DNA from: a phage
Sequence record: PZ809289.1
Length of the DNA: 64,000 nt
Reading direction: 5' to 3' (one strand)
Each line of letters starts with the position of its first letter. Position 1 is the stretch's first letter. Below the pieces are notes generated by a model, which was given only the letters and a program-made list of their open reading frames with translations, had not been told where the DNA came from and did no database searches. Both the position numbers and the translations under genes were made by a program. Positions 1 through 8,021 of the stretch are shown here, one piece after another.

Positions 1-123
1 GTCCCTAGTGATAAGCTTGCTAAATTGACTGGCTCTATCAATGAAAAAGGTGGCAAGGTCACGTTTTCTGCTGGCGGCATAGCCAATCTTAAAAAACTTT
101 TGAAAGCCGCTGGCGCTGAATAA
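1..123 (+). CDS. 3' end of an upstream gene (5'-truncated by window edge)
   Basis: Open frame from position 1 ending TAA at 121-123; directly precedes an internal-protein-like gene. Confidence 0.3.
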   Translation, partial: VPSDKLAKLTGSINEKGGKVTFSAGGIANLKKLLKAAGAE

Positions 124-124
124 A

Positions 125-397
125 ATGAAATCATACCAAGAATTTATCGCTGAATCTATTCTTAATGAGGAAGTAAAAATTAACAAATCTGTTAAGACTA
201 TGATTGATGATATAAATCATCTCTATAACATCGATTTGACTAATCACGTAACTTTAGGCAATAAGCGAAACTTTTTTGTTTTTGATACTTCAGAACTCGA
301 CCAGAATCAAATTAACAATATTGAACGTTTTGCTAATGAAAAAGGGTTGCGTCACGAAACAGCTGGTTATAAAAAGTATGCAATTTATCTAAAATAA
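125..397 (+). CDS. internal-protein-like protein with capsid targeting sequence
   Basis: N-terminus MKSYQEFIAES matches the T4 IP capsid-targeting sequence (MKTYQEFIAE); position upstream of tRNA cluster as for T4 ipI. Confidence 0.65.
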   Translation: MKSYQEFIAESILNEEVKINKSVKTMIDDINHLYNIDLTNHVTLGNKRNFFVFDTSELDQNQINNIERFANEKGLRHETAGYKKYAIYLK

Positions 398-464
398 TTG
401 TTTACAAGGTCTATAGGTGTGATACTATAGACCTATCAAAACAAATGAGTGATTGGAGAATAAA

Positions 465-650
465 ATGAAACGTTGTGAATTAATTAGAAATGTTACTGCA
501 CTGGTCGCCGTTACTGCTTTTGGCTTTAGTATGTTTGCAGGATTCATGCTCGATATGCTTTCAACTTCCGAGAATATAATCTCTTTAGTAGTGGCATTTT
601 TAATTGGTTCAATCTCTTTTGTTATGGATAAAATCTCTAAAGGTGAATAA
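465..650 (+). CDS. small hydrophobic membrane protein
   Basis: ATG 465 six nt after GGAG within promoter-cassette leader; track start 453 is TTG; hydrophobic 61 aa. Confidence 0.5.
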   Translation: MKRCELIRNVTALVAVTAFGFSMFAGFMLDMLSTSENIISLVVAFLIGSISFVMDKISKGE

Positions 651-1057
651 TGAACGTTGAATATTATGTATATGCGGATTATGAAAATAACCCGTCTAAA
701 GATGAAGATAACCGTTTAGGTGTAGATGCTTTTGAATCCCCTTCTGCAGCTTGGCAATGGGTTGAAAGTACTGATATCCCTTATCGTTATATTGAAGTGG
801 TAGACCAAGCAGGAAACAAGTATCCTAAGGAAGCATATGTTCCTTCTGGTAAAGTAAATTTCCTTCTGTTCGCAGGTGACAACTATTACCCACGTGGCGG
901 CTATACCGATTTAATCGCTAAAGCATTTTCTGAAGACGAACTACGTGATATTATTAACGAAAATGAGAAAAAGCCTCGTTACGGTTCTAATCGTTTTGAC
1001 TGTGACTGGTGGCAGATTGTTAATGCTAATACCCATACTATTGTAGACGAGGGTTAA
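650..1057 (+). CDS. hypothetical protein
   Basis: ATGA overlap with preceding gene; 135 aa ORF. Confidence 0.5.
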   Translation: MNVEYYVYADYENNPSKDEDNRLGVDAFESPSAAWQWVESTDIPYRYIEVVDQAGNKYPKEAYVPSGKVNFLLFAGDNYYPRGGYTDLIAKAFSEDELRDIINENEKKPRYGSNRFDCDWWQIVNANTHTIVDEG

Positions 1058-1348
1058 ATGCTATACGTTAAGGTTACTAATCCAGAGAATGGCTATAATT
1101 CAGACCAGGTTGCAGCAGAGCTACTGATTCGCAACTTTGGCAAAGGTGCTGTGCTTGATGTTCAACAGGTTAACATAGGTCGTAGTTCAAGCGATGTTAA
1201 ACTCAAAGTTAACAGCCATCGTTATAATTCTGTTAACTTTACTTTTTATACCGCAACTGAAAACGGATTGGTCGAATATGACATCTTTAAAAATCCTTTG
1301 AAGATTGCTTCTATTAAACTTGATTACATTAATATGTGGCCACAATGA
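1058..1348 (+). CDS. hypothetical protein
   Basis: ATG immediately after preceding stop with GAGGG upstream; 96 aa. Confidence 0.5.
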   Translation: MLYVKVTNPENGYNSDQVAAELLIRNFGKGAVLDVQQVNIGRSSSDVKLKVNSHRYNSVNFTFYTATENGLVEYDIFKNPLKIASIKLDYINMWPQ

Positions 1349-1527
1349 ATCAAATTTGACCAGACTATTCCTAAAAATAGTAATATGCTTTAAGAGTAAT
1401 GTGTTATTATTACTCTAACATTATTAAGTAACCCTCTATTACCAAAGGTTCTTCCCTCAAAGAACCTTTCATAATAGACAAGGTCTATTAATCAAACTTA
1501 CTTTACTTAATTTTATTTGAGGTGTTT

Positions 1528-1794
1528 ATGTTAGTATTAAAATTAGCTTTTTACGACCCAGAAACCAAGACAACAACTACCAAACGTTGTTCTATTTCAT
1601 ATGAATGTCAATTTGGCGAAGTTGAGACTGATGGCGAGCCCTTTATGGCAATTGCCGATAGCACATTCGCTAAACCAAAAATAATTCCACTAGTTAACGC
1701 TGCGGCTTATCTGGTTGCTCCTGAAGAAATGACTTATCATACAATTCAGCACATGGCTAAAGATGATAATGCTCCTGCTGGATTTGTAGTTTGA
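1528..1794 (+). CDS. hypothetical protein
   Basis: ATG 1528 after GAGGTG; ends 5 nt before tRNA; no recognisable motif. Confidence 0.35.
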   Translation: MLVLKLAFYDPETKTTTTKRCSISYECQFGEVETDGEPFMAIADSTFAKPKIIPLVNAAAYLVAPEEMTYHTIQHMAKDDNAPAGFVV

Positions 1795-1799
1795 TTTAA

Positions 1800-1870
1800 G
1801 GCCCTGTAGCTGGACGGTCGAGCGAGCGACTCATAATCGCTGGATGGTGGTTCGATTCCACCCAGGGCCA
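1800..1870 (+). tRNA. tRNA with CAT anticodon (Ile-lysidine type or Met)
   Basis: Cloverleaf by hand folding: acceptor GGCCCTG/CAGGGCC, anticodon stem AGCGA/TCGCT with loop CTCATAA, T-arm GGTGG-TTCGATT-CCACC; CCA not encoded. Confidence 0.75.
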
Positions 1871-1911
1871 TATTTTGAGAACATAAATACTCTTAGAAAT
1901 AGGAGATATTT

Positions 1912-2577
1912 ATGTTCCATTACACTTATAAAATAACAAACAAAATTAATAATAAAATCTATATAGGTGTCCATTCAACCGAAAATTTGAATGATGCATA
2001 TTTTGGTTCCGGTAAACTCTTGAAAAGGGCCCAGGCCAAATACGGTATAGAAAATTTCTCTAAAGAAATATTAGAGTTCTTTGACGATAAAATCTCTATG
2101 TTTGAGTCAGAAAAGAATATTGTGACTGAAGAGTTTTTAAAGCGCCCCGATGTTTATAATTTGAAATTAGGCGGTGAAGGTGGTTGGGACCATTTAAACA
2201 CCGAAGAATATTTAGATAAAAAGAAAGAAGCTTCCTTAAAAGGAGTTGCTGCTTTTAAAACCAGATTTGAGAACGACCCAGACCTTAAAGAAAAATATCG
2301 TAAAATGGGTTCAGAAAGGTTTAAACAACTTTGGGATAATCCTAAGTATAGAGAGAAATTTTCAAATACTAAATCTTTCTTGGGTAAGACCCATTCAGAT
2401 GAAACCAAAAATAAAATTAAAGAATCTCACGCCAGAAATAAACACCAACAAGGTGAAAATAATTCCGGATATGGAAAAATGTGGATTCATTCTTTAGAAG
2501 AAAAAGTTTCTAAACGTATTAACAAAACGGATATTATTCCTGAAGGTTGGAATAAAGGCCGTAAAATAAAATTTTGA
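1912..2577 (+). CDS. segB: GIY-YIG family homing endonuclease (segB-like, within tRNA cluster)
   Basis: N-terminal YTYKITNKINNKIYIGVHST (GIY..YIG), basic C-terminal DNA-binding repeats; sits between two tRNA genes as T4 segB does; SD AGGAG. Confidence 0.75.
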   Translation: MFHYTYKITNKINNKIYIGVHSTENLNDAYFGSGKLLKRAQAKYGIENFSKEILEFFDDKISMFESEKNIVTEEFLKRPDVYNLKLGGEGGWDHLNTEEYLDKKKEASLKGVAAFKTRFENDPDLKEKYRKMGSERFKQLWDNPKYREKFSNTKSFLGKTHSDETKNKIKESHARNKHQQGENNSGYGKMWIHSLEEKVSKRINKTDIIPEGWNKGRKIKF

Positions 2578-2582
2578 ATTAC

Positions 2583-2657
2583 GTCCCGCTGGTGTAATGG
2601 ATAGCATACGATCCTTCTAAGTTTGCGGTCCTGGTTCGATCCCAGGGCGGGATACCA
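2583..2657 (+). tRNA. tRNA-Arg (anticodon TCT)
   Basis: Acceptor GTCCCGC/GCGGGAT with encoded CCA, anticodon loop CTTCTAA, T-arm CCTGG-TTCGATC-CCAGG. Confidence 0.8.
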
Positions 2658-2659
2658 AA

Positions 2660-3036
2660 TGAAGACTATTATATAGTCAAGCCGTCGTATGAAGACTGAT
2701 TACCAGCATTCACCGGCGCAACAAACAAGAAACCGGGTCGCTACCGGTAAGTCGTCGGACTGATGTTCCCTGAGTAAGGACTGGCATTAACAAATCTTTA
2801 CGATCTGTTAACGTCCCCTTACATCACAGCAGAAACGGCGCACCGAATTATCGATTCGAGGAAATATCTTTGCCGTAAGCCGAGTAGCGTTTTTGACGGA
2901 ACGTTCGGATATGGTCGAGATATGGCCTTTTAAAAATATTGAGTGGCGTCAACTACTTAATAACCGGGTTCGAATCCCGGCGTTTCGTACAAACACTTGC
3001 CTAGCAGGTGGAACCCCGACAAGGTTACCCTAGGTT
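2660..3036 (+). ncRNA. ORF-free structured region downstream of tRNA-Arg; candidate stable small RNAs (T4 species 1/2 RNA position)
   Basis: About 380 nt with no ORF in any frame, GC-rich paired segments, a T-arm-like CCGGG-TTCGAAT-CCCGG element, ends at a terminator. Confidence 0.3.
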
Positions 3037-3038
3037 AA

Positions 3039-3068
3039 AGGCCCTTCCGAAAGGTTGGGCCTTTTTTG
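3039..3068 (+). terminator. intrinsic terminator (hairpin plus T-run)
   Basis: GGCCCTTCC-GAAA-GGTTGGGCC followed by TTTTTT. Confidence 0.6.
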
Positions 3069-3076
3069 TATAAATA
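3069..3076 (+). promoter_or_regulatory. T4-type late promoter TATAAATA
   Basis: Exact TATAAATA about 28 nt upstream of ATG 3104. Confidence 0.45.
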
Positions 3077-3103
3077 TGTAGTTAAACTAACCTAGGAAAT
3101 AAT

Positions 3104-3658
3104 ATGAAACTTTTAAAATATTTGAGTTGGGTACTGTTGGTTCCTCTAGATTTTATCTCTATGGTTCTGGCTGTTATCCTTGCACCATTTGTGGTTCCTT
3201 TCCACAATAAAAAGACCGGTAAATTGCCTTATGGCTTTGATTGGATGATGACATACGATAATCCAATTGACGGTGACAAAGGTCATATTAAACGTTGGGC
3301 TAAAATCAGGAAAATGCCAGGTGGTGTTTATCTCCAGAGAGTAGCCTGGTTATGGCGAAATAAAGCTTATAACTTTGCTTATCATAAACTTGGACGCGAT
3401 TGTAGTTCGGAATTCCATTATCGTGGTAATCCTGACGTAGAATCAGGTTCTCCTGATAAAGCTCATCATGGGTGGCTATGGATGTGGAATGACGACGCCT
3501 GGGGTGTATTTGCTTCAGTTCCTTATCTTAAGGTTGGTGGAATCACATTTTACCTTCGAGTGTACTGTGGCTGGAAGCTTAAAAGTCTTTTGTCTCGTAA
3601 AATCCCTAAGGCTATGTTAGCCTTCCACATAAACCCATTCCGGTTCTACAAGAACTGA
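3104..3658 (+). CDS. membrane protein, unknown function
   Basis: SD AGGAAA; N-terminal hydrophobic segment; flanked on both sides by the same terminator sequence. Confidence 0.6.
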   Translation: MKLLKYLSWVLLVPLDFISMVLAVILAPFVVPFHNKKTGKLPYGFDWMMTYDNPIDGDKGHIKRWAKIRKMPGGVYLQRVAWLWRNKAYNFAYHKLGRDCSSEFHYRGNPDVESGSPDKAHHGWLWMWNDDAWGVFASVPYLKVGGITFYLRVYCGWKLKSLLSRKIPKAMLAFHINPFRFYKN

Positions 3659-3663
3659 TTCTA

Positions 3664-3693
3664 GGCCCTTCCGAAAGGTTGGGCCTTTTTTTG
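3664..3693 (+). terminator. intrinsic terminator (repeat of the 3039 terminator)
   Basis: Same GGCCCTTCCGAAAGGTTGGGCC hairpin followed by T7. Confidence 0.6.
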
Positions 3694-3716
3694 TTTCTAA
3701 AAGGTTTAAAAAAGAT

Positions 3717-3745
3717 GTTTACTCTTTCGTAGAACATGATACTAT
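3717..3745 (+). promoter_or_regulatory. early promoter cassette (GTTTAC-N17-TACTAT)
   Basis: GTTTAC 3717-3722, TACTAT 3740-3745, conserved AGACCTATCAA downstream. Confidence 0.6.
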
Positions 3746-3780
3746 AGACCTATCAAAACAACAGAGTGAAGGAGAGTAAA

Positions 3781-4044
3781 ATGGATAATTATGGTGAAGT
3801 GTTTAATTTCTTTATGAAATGCGTTCCTGAAGAATTTGGTGCTACTGTTAACGATATTAAAGTTATCGGCCCTGAACACCCGGTGTATGAAACCTATGCA
3901 GTAATGGGTAATGAAGATGGACAGTGGTATACAATTAAAGTTGTGATTAATATGTTCTCAGCTGAAGGTTACGCCAAATCGTCTACCAAAGTTTACCATG
4001 GTAATGATTTTGATGCAGAAAATTATTTCAATAATATGAAATAA
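3781..4044 (+). CDS. hypothetical protein
   Basis: ATG 3781 after GGAGAG; track start 3766 is GTG. Confidence 0.5.
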   Translation: MDNYGEVFNFFMKCVPEEFGATVNDIKVIGPEHPVYETYAVMGNEDGQWYTIKVVINMFSAEGYAKSSTKVYHGNDFDAENYFNNMK

Positions 4045-4047
4045 AAC

Positions 4048-4077
4048 GTTTACATGGGCTCATGATTAAGATATTAT
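4048..4077 (+). promoter_or_regulatory. early promoter with inverted repeat flanking -10
   Basis: GTTTAC 4048-4053, TATTAT 4072-4077, palindrome ATGGGCTCAT...ATGAGCCCAT. Confidence 0.5.
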
Positions 4078-4102
4078 GAGCCCATAATTTGAGGAGAACA
4101 TA

Positions 4103-4501
4103 ATGAATATCGAAGATAAAGAAATGCAAGAGTTGTATAATTCATTAACACCTGAACAACAAAAATATGCCAAAGAACTAGAGAAAGCTCTTACTTTCAA
4201 CTTGGCAAAAACTGATTGGGCCGCTATGTATGAAGAAAAAACTAGATTAGAACTTGAAGCCGTCGAAAGAAATGAATGGATTGTCGAAACCAAGATTTCT
4301 GATGGTGGTTGCTCTGTTGAGGTGTCAGCTGTAGTTAAAGGTACTCATGGTGAAAAATCATGGGGCTGGCATAATGAAGCAAACAAACATATTGTTCTCT
4401 CAACGTCAAAAACTTATGGCCAAAGGGCTCCTGTATCCAAAGCTATTATTAAGCAAGCTCAATGGGAAGCCAATGAAATTTGCCTCGCAAAAATGAAATA
4501 A
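4103..4501 (+). CDS. hypothetical protein
   Basis: SD GAGGAG 7 nt upstream; 132 aa. Confidence 0.55.
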   Translation: MNIEDKEMQELYNSLTPEQQKYAKELEKALTFNLAKTDWAAMYEEKTRLELEAVERNEWIVETKISDGGCSVEVSAVVKGTHGEKSWGWHNEANKHIVLSTSKTYGQRAPVSKAIIKQAQWEANEICLAKMK

Positions 4502-4504
4502 AAT

Positions 4505-4534
4505 GTTTACAAACCTCAGAGGACAGGGTATAAT
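4505..4534 (+). promoter_or_regulatory. early promoter (GTTTAC / TATAAT)
   Basis: GTTTAC 4505-4510, TATAAT 4529-4534 inside palindrome GAGGACA...TGTCCTC. Confidence 0.5.
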
Positions 4535-4577
4535 GTCCTCATGGATTACAAAACGTTAACCAACTGAAGGAAATACT

Positions 4578-5171
4578 ATGAACACTTTAAAGAAAATCGT
4601 TGAATTCATCCGTTCTAAACTGGGTACTGCAATGGCTCAGAACCTGTCAATCGAAGACCAGTATACTAAAGCTGCTTCTACCCTGATTGATAAAATCACT
4701 GAACTCCAGACTGCTCATGTTAAGTCTGTGAATGAAGAAAAACGTATTCGTGCGTTGGCTAATGAAAAAGACCAACTGGCTGCTTCTAAAGAACGTGAAA
4801 TTCGTAAACTGATTGCCGAAGGCGCTGATGTCCAGGTACATGCTAAACTTGGCCTCCTTTATCGTCGTACAGCTACTCAGCTTCGTAAGAAAGCTGATGA
4901 TTATATCGAAATGCGTAATGAAATTAAACTGAAGGTTAAGGAACTTGATGACTCTCGTCAGGAACTGGCTGTTAAGCTCGAGTACATCCGTGAAACTCGT
5001 AATATGGCTGCCCTTGGTATTGCTACTGCCGATGATGTTGTTGAAATCGCTGCACTGACTAAGATTGATATTGAAGACACCCTACTGCGTGTAGAAACGT
5101 TTAAAGGCCCGCAAGTTGGAATGGATACGACTTCTGCCGATATCGACGACTACATTAATTCACTTAAGTAA
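4578..5171 (+). CDS. coiled-coil protein (PspA/IM30-like architecture, speculative)
   Basis: 197 aa, heptad-rich Lys/Glu/Arg sequence throughout; SD GGAAA. Confidence 0.55.
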   Translation: MNTLKKIVEFIRSKLGTAMAQNLSIEDQYTKAASTLIDKITELQTAHVKSVNEEKRIRALANEKDQLAASKEREIRKLIAEGADVQVHAKLGLLYRRTATQLRKKADDYIEMRNEIKLKVKELDDSRQELAVKLEYIRETRNMAALGIATADDVVEIAALTKIDIEDTLLRVETFKGPQVGMDTTSADIDDYINSLK

Positions 5172-5178
5172 TGTTATT

Positions 5179-5201
5179 GGGAGACTTCGGTCTCCCTATT
5201 T
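5179..5201 (+). terminator. possible terminator or RNA stability hairpin
   Basis: GGGAGAC-TTCG-GTCTCCC followed by TATTT (weak T-run). Confidence 0.3.
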
Positions 5202-5219
5202 GGAGGAGAGGAGAATATT

Positions 5220-5756
5220 ATGAGTTTATATGATAACCTTATATCAAATATTGATTGGTTTAAAAATAGTGGTCTTTCCCATGAAACCAATGCAGTTCTT
5301 TATAGAATTCGCCAAGACCTAGGCTATTCAAACGATTTCTTAAGCAGAACATCTAGCCGTGGCGATACTACCAAATTACCTTTTATTTTTGCTTTAGCTG
5401 AAGACCTTTCTTTTGAAGATGCTTTGGAAATTATTGACGTAAATCTGGCTATTCAACGAGTGGAATTCGCTGGACTACGTTATTCAGTATATTCTTTAAA
5501 CGAGAGCGCTGATTGTGTGCTTCTTAATATGGCAGACGATGATTACCATTTAGTATGCTATGTAGCTTTAGAAAATGGTGATGTATTTGGAATGGTTGAC
5601 CGTCGCCCATCTTACTCTGATATTAAAAATTACGATAAAGATGAGCTTATTATTTTGGCTAATGAGTACACATTAGAAAGTCGTAAACAACAACGTAAGC
5701 TTAATCGTTTTATTGCTGAATGTCGCGAATACGCTAAAGAGGTTCAAAATGCATAA
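5220..5756 (+). CDS. hypothetical protein
   Basis: Strong SD GGAGGAGAGGAG; 178 aa; C-terminal region contains NRFIAECR motif shared with two other genes. Confidence 0.6.
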   Translation: MSLYDNLISNIDWFKNSGLSHETNAVLYRIRQDLGYSNDFLSRTSSRGDTTKLPFIFALAEDLSFEDALEIIDVNLAIQRVEFAGLRYSVYSLNESADCVLLNMADDDYHLVCYVALENGDVFGMVDRRPSYSDIKNYDKDELIILANEYTLESRKQQRKLNRFIAECREYAKEVQNA

Positions 5757-6102
5757 GCCTAGTAAAACCGACCCTGGTTACGCATTAGCAGATTACGATA
5801 TCTCTATTTCATTATTCCTCGGCATTGCTACTAGTATGACTGCAGGGATAATTGGATTTCTTGTCGGTGGGATTATTAATGGTATGCCTCGCCATCCGTT
5901 TGAAGATATGAGCCTCGCGTGGATTTGGGTTCCGGCTTTAATAGGATTTTTTATCCCATGGGTCTTTGATATTGCCCAAACTAATAAAATAAACAAGCCA
6001 CGTAAAAAGAGATATGCTTTAGCTATGGCTAATTATAATGAGTATGTAAAACAAACTAAACGTAATGACCTTGAAACCTTTATTAAGGAATGTAAATCAT
6101 GA
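5749..6102 (+). CDS. membrane protein
   Basis: ATG 5749 overlapping upstream stop, SD AAAGAGG; two hydrophobic helices; C-terminal ETFIKECKS. Confidence 0.5.
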   Translation: MHKPSKTDPGYALADYDISISLFLGIATSMTAGIIGFLVGGIINGMPRHPFEDMSLAWIWVPALIGFFIPWVFDIAQTNKINKPRKKRYALAMANYNEYVKQTKRNDLETFIKECKS

Positions 6103-6389
6103 ATAAAATTGAAATTGAAATCCCGGAACACAATGACGAGAAATCTGCAGAAAAGGCTATCTATGCTCTTCTGAATAAAGTGAATACCATCGAACATGAA
6201 TGTGAAGCTATTGCCGATAAGTATGGTATCCAATTCGGTACTGGTGATTATGGTTCAGGCCGTACATATTATCCTGTCGGTTATGAATGCTCCCAGTGGT
6301 TTAAAGATGAAATTGAAAACAACGGTGGTGAAGTTGAAAATGGCGTCGTTACAGTTGGTGCTTGGATCTCCTCTTCGGCAATGTGCTAA
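6099..6389 (+). CDS. small acidic protein, member 1 of a tandem paralog array ending in C-terminal Cys
   Basis: ATGA overlap; ends GAWISSSAMC; shares ADKYG core with next gene. Confidence 0.6.
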   Translation: MNKIEIEIPEHNDEKSAEKAIYALLNKVNTIEHECEAIADKYGIQFGTGDYGSGRTYYPVGYECSQWFKDEIENNGGEVENGVVTVGAWISSSAMC

Positions 6390-6398
6390 GGAAATTTT

Positions 6399-6680
6399 AT
6401 GATGAATGATTACCATAAAAATAAAGAGCTGGCTGACGCAGTAAATGATATCCACAAAGCTATTCGTCGTGCTGAGGAAATTGCTGACAAATATGAGACT
6501 CATTTTAATATATACCCTGCTCGCGGTATGGGCGGTGACTATTATTCTCCTGGCGCCTTGAAAGCCGACCTTGCCCACTGGGAAGAATACGGTGAAGCTC
6601 AGTACGCTATTGTAAACCAACATGATTACACTACCAGCCTAGAAAATGGTGGTTGGGTGTCCTCTTCTTCTGAATGTTAA
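6399..6680 (+). CDS. small acidic protein, paralog 2
   Basis: SD AAGGAAA; ends GGWVSSSSEC. Confidence 0.6.
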   Translation: MMNDYHKNKELADAVNDIHKAIRRAEEIADKYETHFNIYPARGMGGDYYSPGALKADLAHWEEYGEAQYAIVNQHDYTTSLENGGWVSSSSEC

Positions 6681-6689
6681 GGAAATAAA

Positions 6690-6902
6690 ATGACTATTGA
6701 TGAAATTGAAAACCAAATCCGTGAATTAGTACGTAAAGGCCAGTCTGTGGCTGACGAAACGGGTGAAGAGTTCCGTGTTTCTGGTCGTGGAGAATACATT
6801 TCTCCAAAGAACCCGGAATATGATGATTACGAATGGGTCCGTGATGACTACGGTATTCCGGAAGGTGAAGGTTTCTGGTTTACATCCTCTATGTCTTGCT
6901 AA
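6690..6902 (+). CDS. small acidic protein, paralog 3
   Basis: SD AAGGAAA; ends GFWFTSSMSC. Confidence 0.6.
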   Translation: MTIDEIENQIRELVRKGQSVADETGEEFRVSGRGEYISPKNPEYDDYEWVRDDYGIPEGEGFWFTSSMSC

Positions 6903-6913
6903 GGTGATAAAAA

Positions 6914-7138
6914 ATGTCTGATATTAATGAATTAGAAAAAGCTGCACTTGAACTGGCTGCACTGTATAAGAAAGTAAAAGATATGGCTTCTGCTCAAAGT
7001 TTTGGTGTTGAGCTCGACGATTATGACGGTGAAGTTCGTCTCGAAGATTGGCTGAATAGCTCGTGTTATGGCGAAGAAGCTGGTCGCACCTTCGTTGCTC
7101 GGGCCGATGGTAAAATCTGGTATCCGAGCTCATGCTAA
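6914..7138 (+). CDS. small acidic protein, paralog 4
   Basis: SD AAGGTGA; ends KIWYPSSC. Confidence 0.6.
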   Translation: MSDINELEKAALELAALYKKVKDMASAQSFGVELDDYDGEVRLEDWLNSSCYGEEAGRTFVARADGKIWYPSSC

Positions 7139-7359
7139 AATTAAAGAAAAGATACATTCGTAAAATAAATGGTCTTCGCGATTATGCCAAAGGTTGGCCG
7201 TTAAGTATTATTATGGCTGATAGACACCCGCGTTATAATACTGAGATGACTTATTACAAAAAGTACGATTCATATTGTCGGTCTAAAGCAGGTCGTTTAG
7301 ATGGTTCTTATGAAGACTATTTCGGTAAAAAACCTACTCGTATTTCGTTAGGAAAATAA
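7132..7359 (+). CDS. hypothetical basic protein
   Basis: ORF overlapping preceding stop; 75 aa. Confidence 0.4.
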   Translation: MLKLKKRYIRKINGLRDYAKGWPLSIIMADRHPRYNTEMTYYKKYDSYCRSKAGRLDGSYEDYFGKKPTRISLGK

Positions 7360-7389
7360 TTTAACCACATGGATGTGGTAGGAGGACTT

Positions 7390-7719
7390 ATGCATAAAGA
7401 TTCAGTATTCAAATATCTTTTGAAAACAAATAAAGAATTCTATATGAATGGACAGGCCTTCTTGTTCGTTCGTGGTAAACGTGAGATGTTTTACAAATGC
7501 GACCTCTCAATGCACCATCATATGTATCACACCCGCGGTGAGCCTATACTGGGGTTCTCTGGTGACGAGACTAGACACATAGCTATGTACTACGACCATT
7601 TTAAGCTCAATGATTGTGGTGACAACGCTTTGGTCTGGAACCCGTCTTGGCGTCGTTGGGATACAGTAGACAATGATAAATTATTTTTAGAATATTGCAG
7701 AAGTGATGTACAACTCTAG
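7390..7719 (+). CDS. hypothetical protein
   Basis: ATG 7390 four nt after GGAGG; His/Cys-rich. Confidence 0.5.
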   Translation: MHKDSVFKYLLKTNKEFYMNGQAFLFVRGKREMFYKCDLSMHHHMYHTRGEPILGFSGDETRHIAMYYDHFKLNDCGDNALVWNPSWRRWDTVDNDKLFLEYCRSDVQL

Positions 7720-7762
7720 AAAATCATGTTACTATTACCCTACACAAACATGAGGAGAACAT

Positions 7763-8002
7763 ATGTGGTATTACGCTCCGATGTCCGATAAGTCTAATGA
7801 ACCGGTACGCATTACTCGCGCCAAGTTTAAAAAGATTTATGGCTTCTCTTATAAGAAGTCTGATTACGGTGTTCGTTTTGAAGATGCCCACTGTATCAAT
7901 GACCCTTATGCTGAAGAAATCTCTAATGAGATAATTCCTATCATTAAGAATAATTCTGATGATATGTGGGAATTGCATAACGATTACGTCGCTGAAATTT
8001 AA
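7763..8002 (+). CDS. hypothetical protein
   Basis: SD GAGGAG; 79 aa. Confidence 0.5.
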   Translation: MWYYAPMSDKSNEPVRITRAKFKKIYGFSYKKSDYGVRFEDAHCINDPYAEEISNEIIPIIKNNSDDMWELHNDYVAEI

Positions 8003-8021
8003 GTTTACTGAGGAAAATATT

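Noticed and set aside
650-1057. Possible Acb1-like 2H phosphodiesterase upstream of the tRNA cluster
   Set aside because: Only a single H-x-T motif (THTIV) is present, not the paired H-x-[ST]-x motifs of 2H phosphoesterases.
2154-2497. Minus-strand ORF 2154-2408 and plus-strand alternate-frame ORF 2246-2497
   Set aside because: Both lie inside the segB-like homing endonuclease gene; the endonuclease frame carries the recognisable motifs.
2963-2990. tRNA-like T-arm (CCGGG-TTCGAAT-CCCGG) suggesting a third tRNA
   Set aside because: No complementary acceptor 5' strand within tRNA distance and no D/anticodon arms could be folded; reported only as part of a structured non-coding region.
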